64,000 nt of DNA from Candidatus Multivorans sp. (GCA_965224025.1 OZ245033.1:4512001-4576000); one strand, 5' to 3'. Shown: positions 29,211 to 40,040, counted from the stretch's first letter. Translations and numbers: made by a program. The notes: generated by a model not told the origin, from the sequence alone.

Positions 29211-29723
29211 ATGACCACCGACGAAGTCCGGATCGAACCCGGCGATCCCGCGGACCCCGCGTTCGCGCGCCTGCACGAGGCGCTCGACCGCGAACTTGGC
29301 GAGCTCTACCCCGCGGACAGCATCTACAGCGTCGAGCCGGACAAGCTGGACGCCCCGGGCTGCTGCCTGCTCCTCGGCCGGACGGCTGGCGGCGAGGCCG
29401 TCGCCTGCGGCGCGCTCCGCCGCCTCGGCCCCGAGCAAGCCGAAATCAAGCGGATGTACGTGGCGCCGGAGCACCGCCGCCAGGCCTTGGGGCGGCGCAT
29501 CCTCGAAGAGCTCGAAGCCCGCGCCGCGGCCTTCGGCTACCGCTCGCTCCGCCTCGAGACGGGCGAGATGCAGCCGGCGGCGATCAATCTCTACCGCTCC
29601 TTCGGCTACGTCCAGATCCCCTGCTACAACGAATACGCCTACGATCCGCACAGCCTCTGCTTCGAGAAGAAACTCGACGGGGGCGGCGGCCAGGAGCTTG
29701 CGCCGCAGAACGCAACGCTGTGA
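29211..29723 (+). CDS. GNAT family N-acetyltransferase
   Basis: AEIKRMYVAPEHRRQALG, LETGEMQPAAINLY, SLCFEK. Confidence 0.9.
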   Translation: MTTDEVRIEPGDPADPAFARLHEALDRELGELYPADSIYSVEPDKLDAPGCCLLLGRTAGGEAVACGALRRLGPEQAEIKRMYVAPEHRRQALGRRILEELEARAAAFGYRSLRLETGEMQPAAINLYRSFGYVQIPCYNEYAYDPHSLCFEKKLDGGGGQELAPQNATL

Positions 29724-29747
29724 AGTTTGGGGCGCAAACTTCATGGA

Positions 29748-29801
29748 ACAAGCCCTGTTTCCTGTGCGTCAGCGCGGCGCGGACGCCGCGACTCGACTCC
29801 T
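29748..29801 (-). repeat. dispersed 54-bp repeat, family B, copy 2
   Basis: Exact reverse complement of 4176-4229. Confidence 0.9.
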
Positions 29802-29867
29802 GGCGAGGTCGGCCTGGGGCCAAACACGGAGCCTGCGACGGGTTTGGCGGCGCTAGTATCCGGCGCA

Positions 29868-30497
29868 ATGGCCAGCACCGACCCGATCGGCCGCCGCCGC
29901 GCTCTTCAGGTAATCGGCGGCGCCGCCGCGCTGCCCCTGTTGCCGGAGGAACTGTTCGCGAATACCCACCTCGCCCATGTCCACCTGCACCAGCAGGAAA
30001 CCGCCGGCGAGCCCGCCCCGCTCACCGTCCTCGCCGAGCACCAGGCCAGGACGCTGAAGGCGATTGCCGAGCGCATCCTGCCGGCCACGGACACCCCGGG
30101 CGCCGGCGACGCCGGAATCCCCGGCTTCGTCGACCGGCTGCTGGAGGGCTGGCTGCCGGAGAGGGCCCGGCGACACCTGCTCTCCGAGCTCGACCGCTTC
30201 GACGCGCGGGCGCGGGAACGCTCCCGTCAGGCGGCCGACGGCGCCGGCTTCGTCGATCTCTCCGACACCCGGAAGGACGAACTCCTGACCGAGGCCCAGG
30301 ACCAGGCGCTCGCCCAGCGGGACGGCCGCGCCTTCTCGCGCAACTCGGACCGCCTCCACGAACAACCGTTCTTCGACCTGGTCAAATGGCTGACCCTGTT
30401 CGGGTACTACACCTCCGAAGCGGGCATGAAGTCGGAACTCGGCTACCGGATCGTGCCGGGACGTTGGGACCCCTGCGTCGATGTCGAGGACGCTTGA
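29868..30497 (+). CDS. gluconate 2-dehydrogenase subunit 3 family protein (Tat)
   Basis: GRRRAL Tat motif, IAERILPATDTPGA, FFDLVKWLTLFGYYTSEAG. Confidence 0.9.
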   Translation: MASTDPIGRRRALQVIGGAAALPLLPEELFANTHLAHVHLHQQETAGEPAPLTVLAEHQARTLKAIAERILPATDTPGAGDAGIPGFVDRLLEGWLPERARRHLLSELDRFDARARERSRQAADGAGFVDLSDTRKDELLTEAQDQALAQRDGRAFSRNSDRLHEQPFFDLVKWLTLFGYYTSEAGMKSELGYRIVPGRWDPCVDVEDA

Positions 30498-30510
30498 GGC
30501 CGCCGCTACC

Positions 30511-32232
30511 ATGGTTCAGATCATCGAGCGCAAGGTCTGGGACGCGATCGTCATCGGCTCCGGCATCACCGGCGGCTGGGCGGCGAAGGAACTGACCGAA
30601 AAGGGCCTCCAGACGCTCGTGCTGGAAGCCGGCCCGCCGGTGGTCCCCGAGCGCGACTACAACGAGCACACTCCGCCCTGGCAGATGCCGTACCGGGGCC
30701 TGAGGGACCGCAAGCACCAGGCCGAGCGCCAGCCGGTCCAGAGCCGCGCGGGCGCCTGCGACGAGTGGTCGAGCAAGTTCTTCGTCGACGACATCGACAA
30801 CCCCTACTCGGTCGGCGAAGGCGCCCAGCAGTTCCTGTGGATTCGCGCCCGCGTGGTCGGCGGACGTTCCCTGCTCTGGGGCCGGCAGAGCTACCGCTGG
30901 AGCGATCTCGACTTCGGCGCCAACGCCCGCGACGGCTACGGCACGGACTGGCCGATCCGCTACCGGGACCTGGCGCCCTGGTACGACCATGTGGAGTCCT
31001 TCGTCGGCATAGCCGGCCAGCCCGAGAACATGCCGCAACTCCCGGACGGTGAGTTCCTGCCGCCGATCGCCCAAAGTTGCATGGAAGAGCGGGTCCGAGA
31101 GGGCCTCGACCGGGCCTTTGGGGGCACGCGCCGGTTCACGCCCGCCCGGGTCGCCGTGCTCACCCGGCACCACAACGGCCGCCGCGCCTGCCACTACTGC
31201 GGTATCTGCCGTCGCGGCTGCATAGCCAAGTCGTACTTCTCGAGCCTCAACGCCACCCTGCCGGCCGCCGAGGCGACCGGCCGGCTGACCGTGCGCCCCA
31301 ACAGCGTCGTCTACAACCTGATCTACGACGAGCAGCAGGACCGGGTGACCGGGGTCCACCTGATCGACGGCGAGTCCGGCGAGTCGGTCGAGGTCCACGG
31401 CCGCCTCGTCTTCCTGTGCGCGTCGACGATCGAGTCCGCCCGCATCCTCCTGAACTCGGCGACGCCCCGCTTCTCCGAGGGCCTGGCCAACTCGAGCGGC
31501 CAGGTCGGCCGCAACCTGATGGACCACATCTTCCAGGCAGGCGCGAACGGCAACCTCGACGGCCTCGAAGACAAGACGACCTTCGGCCGCCGGCCGAACT
31601 CCTGCTACCTGCCGCGCTTCGTCAACCTCGACGGCGATCAGGCCGAGACGACCCGTGAGAAGGACTTCCTGCGCGGCTTCGGCTATCAGTGCGGCGCACG
31701 GCGGCCGACGCAGTGGCAGTCCGGCATCGGCCAGGCGGGGTTCGGCGCCGACTACAAGGCCAGCCTGCGCGGCCTCGGACCGTGGCGGCTCAACTTCGGC
31801 GGCTTCGGCGAGAACTTGCCGAACCCCGACAATCGGGTGACCATCGACCCGGAACTCAAGGACCGCTGGGGCATCCCCGCTGCCCGGATCACGATGAACT
31901 ACGGCGAGAACGAAGCGGCGATGCGGGAGAGCATCCAGACCCGCGCCGCCGAGATGCTGGAGGCCCTGGGTGCGAAGAACATCCGCACCTTCAACCGCAA
32001 CTCCCTGCCCGGCTTCGCGATCCACGAGATGGGCACGGCGCGGATGGGCCGGAATCCCGAGACCTCGGTGCTCAACGGCTGGTGCCAGTCTTGGGACGTG
32101 CCGAACCTGTTCATCACCGACGGCGCCGCGATGGCGTCGTCCGCCTGCCAGAACCCCAGCCTGACCTACATGGCGCTCACGGCGCGCGCCTGCGACTACG
32201 CCGTGCGCCAGTTGCGGCGGCTGGAACTCTGA
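30511..32232 (+). CDS. GMC family oxidoreductase (flavoprotein subunit)
   Basis: DAIVIGSGITGG, VGGRSLLWGRQSYR, Cys cluster CHYCGICRRGC, IHEMGTARMG, QNPSLTYMAL. Confidence 0.93.
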   Translation: MVQIIERKVWDAIVIGSGITGGWAAKELTEKGLQTLVLEAGPPVVPERDYNEHTPPWQMPYRGLRDRKHQAERQPVQSRAGACDEWSSKFFVDDIDNPYSVGEGAQQFLWIRARVVGGRSLLWGRQSYRWSDLDFGANARDGYGTDWPIRYRDLAPWYDHVESFVGIAGQPENMPQLPDGEFLPPIAQSCMEERVREGLDRAFGGTRRFTPARVAVLTRHHNGRRACHYCGICRRGCIAKSYFSSLNATLPAAEATGRLTVRPNSVVYNLIYDEQQDRVTGVHLIDGESGESVEVHGRLVFLCASTIESARILLNSATPRFSEGLANSSGQVGRNLMDHIFQAGANGNLDGLEDKTTFGRRPNSCYLPRFVNLDGDQAETTREKDFLRGFGYQCGARRPTQWQSGIGQAGFGADYKASLRGLGPWRLNFGGFGENLPNPDNRVTIDPELKDRWGIPAARITMNYGENEAAMRESIQTRAAEMLEALGAKNIRTFNRNSLPGFAIHEMGTARMGRNPETSVLNGWCQSWDVPNLFITDGAAMASSACQNPSLTYMALTARACDYAVRQLRRLEL

Positions 32233-32332
32233 TCCCTGAAAACCCGTGTGGCGCGACCTCGAGGGCGCCTCGCCGTACCGGCCCCGCAGGCTCTATGATT
32301 CCCACTGCAATGAACGAAGAGGAGCCTCGCCC

Positions 32333-33415
32333 ATGCGCCCGACCCATCGCCTCGCCCTGACCAGTCTCGCCGTCATCGCCCTCGCCGCCGGCCTCGTCGC
32401 CTGTGCAGGCGGAGACGCCGATGCCGACGCCATCGTCGAGACCGACACCCACACCTTCGAAGAGGTAGCCCCCGGCGTCTACTTCATCGTCGGCACCGGC
32501 TCGATCTTCGTCCAGAGCAACTCCATGCTCGTGCTGACCGATGAAGATGCCCTGGTCGTCGACTCCCACGTCACGCCGGCGGCGGCGCGCGCCCTGCTCG
32601 CCTCGATCGCGGAGGTCACGGACAAGCCGGTGACCCACCTCGTCAACACCCACTACCACTTCGACCACGCGCACGGGAACCAGGTCTTCCCCGAGGACGT
32701 GGCGATCGTCGGTCACGAGTTCACGCGCGAGATGCTGATGACCAATGTCCTCGAACAGGGGACGTTCCTGAACTTCTCCAACTGGATCCCCGACCAGATA
32801 GCGGACCTGAAGCAGAATGCCGAGGCGATGGAGGACGGCGAGGAGAAGGACCGGGCAATGCTCGAGATCGCGGCCCAGGAGGCCCACGACGTCGCGCTCG
32901 ACGAAACCGAACCGACGCCGCCGAACATGACGCTCAAGAACCGGATGACCATCCACCGCACCTGGCAAGGCCAGGACCGGCCGATCGAACTGCTCCACCT
33001 CGGGCGCGGCCATACTGGCGGCGACGTGGTCGTCCTGCTGCCCAACGAGCGCGTCGTATTCACCGGTGATCTGGTGCTGGCCGGCGGCGCCTACATCGGC
33101 GACGGCTACGTCGACGAATGGCTCCAGACGCTGGACCGCTTCGAGAAACTCGAGTTCGACCTGATCCTCCCCGGCCACGGTCCGGCCTTCAGCGACATGG
33201 CCCAGGTGGCGGCGCTGCGCGACTTCCTGAGCGACTTCTGGAACCAGGCCGTAAGCGCCCGCGACCAGGGTTTGAGCGCCGAGGAAGCGATCTCGACGAT
33301 CGAGTGGCAAGGCTTCCTGGCCATTGCCCCGGACACGATCAAGATCCAGTGCGTGGAACGTGCGTACGCCGTCATGGACGCGAACGGGAGCGACGAAGAC
33401 ACCGACTCCGCGTAG
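32333..33415 (+). CDS. MBL-fold metallo-hydrolase lipoprotein
   Basis: LVAC lipobox; NTHYHFDHAHGN, GHTGGD, FTGD, PGHG. Confidence 0.88.
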   Translation: MRPTHRLALTSLAVIALAAGLVACAGGDADADAIVETDTHTFEEVAPGVYFIVGTGSIFVQSNSMLVLTDEDALVVDSHVTPAAARALLASIAEVTDKPVTHLVNTHYHFDHAHGNQVFPEDVAIVGHEFTREMLMTNVLEQGTFLNFSNWIPDQIADLKQNAEAMEDGEEKDRAMLEIAAQEAHDVALDETEPTPPNMTLKNRMTIHRTWQGQDRPIELLHLGRGHTGGDVVVLLPNERVVFTGDLVLAGGAYIGDGYVDEWLQTLDRFEKLEFDLILPGHGPAFSDMAQVAALRDFLSDFWNQAVSARDQGLSAEEAISTIEWQGFLAIAPDTIKIQCVERAYAVMDANGSDEDTDSA

Positions 33416-33501
33416 GCCGAGCGCCACCGAGAAGAGGGCATCCGTGTCGCTAAGTTACGCCTTTTGTGGTATTTACAGAGAAACGGCGTTAGCATCCCTG
33501 T

Positions 33502-34290
33502 ATGGAACAGCAGCACGTTGCCCCCCTTTCGGTAGGCCCCGACGCGCTCGGGCGCGCGGTGGAGCGGGCAAGCGGCTGGCTGCTGAAGCGGTACGGCGAG
33601 GAAGTCGAGTGGGCGATCGAGGACCAGTTCCTGATCGGCCTGGACGACCAGGAGCGGATCGATCTCGAAGAGCAGCTCCAGGCCCGCAGCGGCCGCGATC
33701 AGGCCATCTTCTTCGCCAACGCGATGAGCTGCCTGCTCGCCCAGGGGCGCTTCGAGCCGGACGCCGACGAGGGCGACTGCCGCTCGTTCAGCTTCGCCGA
33801 CAAGCTGCTTGGAGCAGGCGGGCTGCTGCTGGAAGTGACGGAGCGGCGCTGGCTGCAGGCACTGGTCGGAAGCCGCCTGCAGCTCTACCGCATCGGTCCG
33901 GAGAACGGCCGGGTCGCGCTGGAAGAGGTGACCAGCCGCCAGCAGGTCCGGGTCGAACCGCATCCGGCCATGGAGCCCTTGGAAGCCGGCGATCTCGTCG
34001 GCACGCGCGTCGTGGCCCTGGAGGGCGAAACAACGGGACGTCTGTGCGGGGTCTTCGGTTTCCCGGCCGGCGCCGCCGAACGCGGACTCGTCGAGTTGGT
34101 GGAAACGGCCGCGGCGCACCCCCGCGGCAGCCGCGGCGAGATCCTCGGCATCGCCGAAGTGGTCGCCACCGCCTGGCTGCGCTCCTTCCTGCCCGATGCG
34201 TCGACGCGTGGGCCTCTCGCCGTCGTGGATGGCGGCGGAGAGCCGGCCAACACCCGCCGGATCCTCGAGTGGCCGGTTTCCAGGGACTGA
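33502..34290 (+). CDS. hypothetical protein
   Basis: 262 aa after an AT-rich promoter-like gap; ERRWLQAL...LYRI...GDLVGTRV pattern; function unknown. Confidence 0.6.
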   Translation: MEQQHVAPLSVGPDALGRAVERASGWLLKRYGEEVEWAIEDQFLIGLDDQERIDLEEQLQARSGRDQAIFFANAMSCLLAQGRFEPDADEGDCRSFSFADKLLGAGGLLLEVTERRWLQALVGSRLQLYRIGPENGRVALEEVTSRQQVRVEPHPAMEPLEAGDLVGTRVVALEGETTGRLCGVFGFPAGAAERGLVELVETAAAHPRGSRGEILGIAEVVATAWLRSFLPDASTRGPLAVVDGGGEPANTRRILEWPVSRD

Positions 34291-34313
34291 TACCCGGCCC
34301 CAGTCGGAAAGGC

Positions 34314-35690
34314 GTGCCCCCTATCCGGCCCTTGCGTGCGGCTGCGGTCGCCCTTCCTTCCCTGGTCATGGTGGCTGGCTGGGGCAACGCGGTTGCCGGG
34401 CAGGACGGAACCGGCCAAATCGTCACCCCTGCGGTGGCGATTCGTACCCCGGCGTTGCAGACGCCGCCGCAGATGGCGGGAAGCGGCATCGACCCGGAAG
34501 TCCAACTGGAGGTCGAAATCGACGAGACCGGCGCCGTCAGCCGCGTCCAGGTGCTCGCGATCGAACCGTCGTCCCGCTTCGACGACCTGCTCCGGTTGTC
34601 GGTGACACAGAACCTGAAGCGTTGGCGCTACGGTCCCGCCCGCGACGCCGAGGACAACCCCGTGCCCTCCAGCATGTCGTGGCGGATGAAGTTCGTGAGC
34701 AGGGAACGGAAATCCCGCTCCTCGCTCGGCGGAGTGAGCGTCGACTCGGAACTCCGTGTGCTTGCGGGGTCCGATCGCCTGCCCGTGAACTACCGCCCGC
34801 CGACACGCCAGGAGCGAGCCGAGGCGCTGAGCGGAATCGTCGAAAGCGCGGAGAAGTACATCGACCGAACCCACCGACGCCGCCGCGCGACGCCCCGGTT
34901 CATCGTGATCAGCGACGCCGAGGACGAATCCACGATCGACATCCTCGCCGGCAACATGGAGTCCGTCTTCGGGGTCTTCCACTCCGTCTTCGACGAGTAC
35001 ATCGAGCCGATGCCCCACGACTGGAAGCTCGTGGTCTACCTGTACCGCCAGGAGAGCTCCCTGAAACAGCTCAATCAGGACATCGGCGGCCGTTCGTTCA
35101 TGGCCGGCTTCTATCAGTCGCCCGGCCTGCTGGCCTTCCACCAGGAGGTTCACTTCTACGATCAACTCTTGGGCACGATGCTGCACGAGGCGTTCCACGC
35201 CTTCAGCGACAGTCACCTGACTGCCCCGGGCAAGAACCTCCCCCGGTGGGCGGAGGAGGGGCTCGCCGAGTACTTCGGCAATTCGAAGATTGAACAGGGG
35301 CGGCTGATCCCCGGAGAACTGAACCAGGGGCGCTATGCGATCGCCCACGGCCGCCTGGGTCCGGTGCGCCTTCAGAGCGAGTCGTCCTGGAGCATGCGGG
35401 AAGCGCGCCTCGCGCTCAGGCAGGGCGAAGCGCCGACGATCGTCGAACTGCTCGATGCGACCGCGAACACGTTCTACGGCGACCGGCACCAGCTCTACTA
35501 CGGCTTCTCCTGGCTGTTCACCCACTTCCTCCGCCACGGACGGGAGGCTTGGAAAAGCGGCGAACCCTTCGGCCGGTTGCTGCTCTACCTCACGGAGGAG
35601 TACTCAGGCCGGGATGCTCTACAGGCGGCCTACGGAGTTCTGCCCGAAGAGATCCAGGACGAGTTCGAACAGCACATTCGCAGACTCTGA
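34314..35690 (+). CDS. secreted TonB C-terminal domain + DUF1570-like zinc peptidase fusion
   Basis: Signal peptide; VQLEVEIDETGAV...LKRWRYGPAR (TonB_C); LHEAFHAF...PRWAEEGLAEYF (HExxH...E). Confidence 0.8.
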   Translation: MPPIRPLRAAAVALPSLVMVAGWGNAVAGQDGTGQIVTPAVAIRTPALQTPPQMAGSGIDPEVQLEVEIDETGAVSRVQVLAIEPSSRFDDLLRLSVTQNLKRWRYGPARDAEDNPVPSSMSWRMKFVSRERKSRSSLGGVSVDSELRVLAGSDRLPVNYRPPTRQERAEALSGIVESAEKYIDRTHRRRRATPRFIVISDAEDESTIDILAGNMESVFGVFHSVFDEYIEPMPHDWKLVVYLYRQESSLKQLNQDIGGRSFMAGFYQSPGLLAFHQEVHFYDQLLGTMLHEAFHAFSDSHLTAPGKNLPRWAEEGLAEYFGNSKIEQGRLIPGELNQGRYAIAHGRLGPVRLQSESSWSMREARLALRQGEAPTIVELLDATANTFYGDRHQLYYGFSWLFTHFLRHGREAWKSGEPFGRLLLYLTEEYSGRDALQAAYGVLPEEIQDEFEQHIRRL

Positions 35691-35758
35691 GCTGCCGGCG
35701 GCCGCGGTTCTCGGCGCCGGATCGGACTCCAGGAAGCTCGCCGCCAACGATGCAGCAC

Positions 35759-37150
35759 CTACTGCCGCGACGCGTCGTAGGCCGCAAGGTGGGCCGCCGC
35801 CTCCGCCTCGCGGCCCAGGCTCTTGTAGCAGACCCATAGGTTGTAGTGGGCGAGGCTACGAGTGGGGTCGAGTTCCAGAGTCCGCAGGAACCGCAGGATC
35901 GCCTCCTCCCAGCGCTCCAACTCGACCAGGGCCAGACCGCTGAAGAAGACGTTTTCAACCCTCTCGCCGTTCAACTGAGCCGCCCGGTCGAGTGCCTCCG
36001 CGGCCTCCTCCCAGCGCTCCGTCCGGTAGGCCGCAAAGCCCAGGTTGTACCAAACCGCCTCCAGGTGGCCGAGCTCCTCACTCGCCCGCTTGAAGAGTTC
36101 GATCGCCCGGTCGTAGGAGCCGGAGCTCAACAGTCTCGCACCCTCGTTGAGCAGGGTCGCCCCGTCCGCCTCCTGCTCGAAACGACGACGCGCGTCTTCA
36201 CGCAAGGCGGCCCGTTCCTCGGCCGTACCGTAGAGATGAACGACCGCCCCGTTCGCTTCGGCCGCGGCCCACGACTCGGGCGGCGCGAACTCGCCGGCGC
36301 GCCGAAACAGGGCCTCCGCCTCCGCGACGCGCCCGGCATCGCGGAGGTTCCAGGCGGCAGCCAGCAACACGGCAGCGAACTCGAGCCGAGCCTCTGCGCC
36401 GCCCTCGTTCCATTCCTGCTCGAGCATCTCGATCTGCTGCTGCGCCGCGGCCAAGCGCCCGGCACGGGCGAGGGCTCTAACGAAGCGTGAACGGATGTAC
36501 GGACCGCCCGCATCGACCATCTCGCCAAGCACGTCGGCGGACTCGCTCCACCTCCCGGCAGCCTCCAAGGACCGCAGCAACGTATAGGCGACCACCTCGT
36601 TGCCGGGTTGCAGAACTCGCATCTCCAGCAGGGCCGCTATCGCCTCCTCAAACCGTCCCAGGCGCTCATTGAGCAGAGCCGACAGTCTCAGGAAGCGCAC
36701 TCGGTCCTCGCTCTCCTCGTCCGCGAGACGGCGCTCGACCAGGCGAAGCGCCGCCTGCAACACGGACTTCTCCGAATCGTGGGCACTTGCAATATGGCTC
36801 AGCACGCCCGGCGGCGCGCCGGCCGGGTCTTCGAACGCAGCTACGAGCTGACGCCGCACATCTCTGACCTCGGATCCGGAAAGACCCACCCTCTGATGAA
36901 AGGTAAGCAGGGCAACCAGCGCGGTGACCGACTCGTTGCACTGGTCCCGGGCCTGCCTGAGCCAGTTGACCTCGTCTTTCGGTAGGGACCTGAGTTCCGC
37001 GACCCGTGCCTTCCGCATGAGCCGCAGGCACTCAACGTCCGGGAGCTGTGGGCCAGCGCCACCTTCACTCTGGGCCGATCCCGGGCCAGCGAACAGGCAA
37101 GCCAGGAGCAACGCTCCAAGGCCAGCGCAACGAGTACGACGCATCTTCAC
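35759..37150 (-). CDS. secreted tetratricopeptide repeat protein
   Basis: Signal peptide; TPR consensus e.g. AVWYNLGFAAY, AHYNLWVCY. Confidence 0.85.
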   Translation of the reverse strand: MKMRRTRCAGLGALLLACLFAGPGSAQSEGGAGPQLPDVECLRLMRKARVAELRSLPKDEVNWLRQARDQCNESVTALVALLTFHQRVGLSGSEVRDVRRQLVAAFEDPAGAPPGVLSHIASAHDSEKSVLQAALRLVERRLADEESEDRVRFLRLSALLNERLGRFEEAIAALLEMRVLQPGNEVVAYTLLRSLEAAGRWSESADVLGEMVDAGGPYIRSRFVRALARAGRLAAAQQQIEMLEQEWNEGGAEARLEFAAVLLAAAWNLRDAGRVAEAEALFRRAGEFAPPESWAAAEANGAVVHLYGTAEERAALREDARRRFEQEADGATLLNEGARLLSSGSYDRAIELFKRASEELGHLEAVWYNLGFAAYRTERWEEAAEALDRAAQLNGERVENVFFSGLALVELERWEEAILRFLRTLELDPTRSLAHYNLWVCYKSLGREAEAAAHLAAYDASRQ

Positions 37151-37169
37151 CGTCGCCCCCCAGTCACGT

Positions 37170-38363
37170 TCAGAAAGTCTCCACCGCCGCCGCCATCCGC
37201 TCCAGGATCTCCTCGAGGATGGCGCGCGAGGTAGCGAAGTTGAGCCGCGTACAGCTCTCGAAGCCCAGGGTCGAGCCCGGCGGACCGAACTCCGCCCCGT
37301 CGCTGAGCGCCACCTGCGCCCGCTTGAGGAAGAACCGGGACGCCGGCATCGGCAGGTCGAGGCCCCTGCAGTCGAGCCAGTAGAGATAGGTCGCCTCCTG
37401 GGGTCCGTGGACGATCCCAGGCAGGCGACGGTTCACGAAGTCGGTCAGAAATGCCCGGTTCGCGTCCAGGTAGGCAACTGTTTCCTGGAGCCACGGGCCG
37501 CCATCGCGCCACGCCACCCGCGCCGCCTCGACGCCGAGGATGCCGGGATGAGCCAGGACAAAGTGCGGCAGTTCGTCGAACCGTTTCTTCAACTTCTCGC
37601 TGCCGAACACCAGCAACGCGAGTTCCAGCCCGGCCAGATTGAACGATTTCGTCGCCGACGTGATCGTGACCGTCCGCTCCCTGACCTCCGGGCCCAGGGT
37701 CTCGAACACGATGTGCTCATTGCCCGGGAACACGAGTTCGTTGTGGATCTCGTCGGCGAGCACGATCAGGTCGTGCTCGATCGCCAGTTCCGCCACCGCC
37801 TCCAGTTCGCTCCGCGTCCAGGAGCGGCCGCTCGGGTTGTGCGGGTTGCAGAGCATGAACAGGCGGGTGTCCTTGTCGATCGTCGCCCTCAACTGGTCGA
37901 GGTCCATCTCAAAGCGCTCCGGGCCGCGACGCAGAGGCGACTCCACGAGCCGCCGGCCGGTCCCTGAAACCGCCTCGAGGAAGGGTGGATAGATCGGCGT
38001 CTGGATCACGACCCGCTCGCCCTTCTCGGCGCTCAGCATGACCGAAAGGTCGAGGCCCTGAAGCGCGTTGACCAGGAACCGGATCCGCTCCGGCTCCACC
38101 GTCCAGCCGAGCTGCTCCTCCATCCGCCCGCCGAAGATCTCGGGCAGATTGCCGATCTCGGGCGGCTCGCAGTAGCCGAGGTCGGACCGATCGACCAGGC
38201 TCCGCACCACGCGCTGGATCGGCTCCGCGATCGGAAAGTCCATATCCGCCACCCACGCCGGCAGGATGCCGCTGCCATTCGCGGTGTAGCGGCTCCACTT
38301 GAACCCGGTGCGGGCCGCCAGGTCCTCGATCCGCAGGGCGTCGAACTGGTCCTTCACCGACAC
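37170..38363 (-). CDS. MalY/PatB family PLP-dependent C-S lyase
   Basis: PAWVADMDF, LCNPHNPSG, ADEIH, SATKSFNLAG, ATYLYWLD, RLNFAT. Confidence 0.92.
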   Translation of the reverse strand: MSVKDQFDALRIEDLAARTGFKWSRYTANGSGILPAWVADMDFPIAEPIQRVVRSLVDRSDLGYCEPPEIGNLPEIFGGRMEEQLGWTVEPERIRFLVNALQGLDLSVMLSAEKGERVVIQTPIYPPFLEAVSGTGRRLVESPLRRGPERFEMDLDQLRATIDKDTRLFMLCNPHNPSGRSWTRSELEAVAELAIEHDLIVLADEIHNELVFPGNEHIVFETLGPEVRERTVTITSATKSFNLAGLELALLVFGSEKLKKRFDELPHFVLAHPGILGVEAARVAWRDGGPWLQETVAYLDANRAFLTDFVNRRLPGIVHGPQEATYLYWLDCRGLDLPMPASRFFLKRAQVALSDGAEFGPPGSTLGFESCTRLNFATSRAILEEILERMAAAVETF

Positions 38364-38409
38364 GGGCGCAAGCTATCAAGCGCTGCCGGCGCCGTGGTCG
38401 TGGACTGGT

Positions 38410-39650
38410 CTACCGCGCGTCGGGTTCGGTGCGTTCAGCGGTCGGCGGACGCCCGAAGCGGGCGTCGTTCAGACGCCAGTAGTCGTCCGATCTCTTCACG
38501 TCATCCAGGTTCTCGTTCTTCTGCAAGATGTCCCAGGCCGTCTCGCCTGCAGCATTCCGCGCTGTCGCGTCCGCGCCGGCATCCAGCAATGGACCGACGG
38601 GGCCTCCGTTTCTCTGGAGGAACGGCGAAGAAGCCCATCTGTGCAGGGGCGTCTCGCCGTGCAGGTTCCTCGCATTGGGATCGCCGCCAGCAGCTATCAG
38701 CACTCTGACCGATTCCGCGGTCCCGTACCGGGCCGCGAAGTGTAGGGGTGTTGCACCAGCATGGTCCCCTCCGCGCTCGCCGATTCGCTCATTCGGGCCC
38801 GAACCGGCGTCGACTAAGACCTTGATCGCCTCGGTGCAGGTGGAAGATGGCCTCACTATCCGACTACAGCTAGCGGCCTCATGGATGCCGAACTCGTCAC
38901 GTACGTTCGGGTCGCCACCTGCCACGACAAGCGCCTTCATCGTCCTCGCGCGTTGGTCGGGGTGTTTGGCGGCTGCGAACAAAGGCGTGCGCCCCCAGTT
39001 ACCGCGCGCGTTCGGGTCGGCGCCTGCGGCGACAAGTGCCTCACGAGCTCCGCCCGGTCGTCCAGAGACTCAAGGAGATTCGGAGCAAAGTTCTCGGCCG
39101 CCAGATGCAGTGGCGAATCGCCATGTCTATCCCTCGCCCTCACTTCCGCACCAGCGGCGATCAGCGCCTTCAAAGCTCCCAACCTGGCGTCGAGAGCAGC
39201 ACGATGGAGGGGCGTATGGCCATCCTCGTTTCTGGCGTCGGGATCGGCGTCCGCAGCGAGAAGCGCCTTCACCGCCTGAGGGTCCCCAGAGACGGCGGCA
39301 ACATGGAGTGGCGTATCGCCAACCTCGTTTCTGGCGTTCGCGGCGGCGCCGGCAGCAAGCAACGCTTCCACCGACTCCGGGCTCCCATGCCAAGCCGCAA
39401 AGTGCAGGGGCGTCTGGCGCAAGTCGTCGCGTGCCGTCACGTCAGCGCCAGCGGCTAGACAACCCTTGATCGTGCTCTCGGTAGCAGCCTCCCAGGAACG
39501 AAACGCCTCACGGAACTCAGCGACGTCCCCGCCGCCGGTCCACCACTCCTGGCAGTCCGTTGGCGGCTGTGGCACCTTCAATGTACCGCCCCAAACAGAA
39601 GCGCTCCCGAACAACATCAAGGCCAGCAGTCCGAGTGAGTCGAGCTTCAT
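38410..39650 (-). pseudogene. secreted ankyrin-repeat protein 1, frameshifted near 39040
   Basis: ORFs 38937-39650 and 38410-38982 join if one G is restored (ELVRALVAAGADPNAR); TPLH repeats; DDYWRLNDARFG cap. Confidence 0.85.
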
Positions 39651-39713
39651 AGACGCACCGTGACCCTACTACACGACTGGCACCACCCGAATGGTGCCGC
39701 GGGAACGAGCTAC

Positions 39714-40030
39714 CTACTCTGGTCCCCGCCGTCCCGCCTCGACGATCGAGCCTCCAGCCATGGCGAAGAGACCGCTGGTTCTCACCGGAGGAACGACCGG
39801 CGATCAAACCTTCGACACCGATGTCCTCGTCCAGGTCAGGCCAGCGAATGCCTACTCCACTCCCGATCAGCTTCCAGTTCGCCCGCTCTTTCGCCGTGGC
39901 ATGTACCAGTCGCGGATACCAGGCCACGGCACCGAAACGGTGCGCCCATCCGACAGTTCGACTCGAAGCGTGTCCTCCGTCACGCTCACGTTTTCCGCCC
40001 AAGGGCCGTGCACGTCAATCGCCGCGAAGG
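39714..40030 (-). pseudogene. DUF2442 family gene, copy 1 (no clear start, frameshifted)
   Basis: VTEDTLRVELSDGRTVSVP / VAWYPRLVHATAKERANWKLIG.G.GIRWPDLDEDIGVEGL. Confidence 0.85.
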
Positions 40031-40040
40031 CCTCGCCAGC

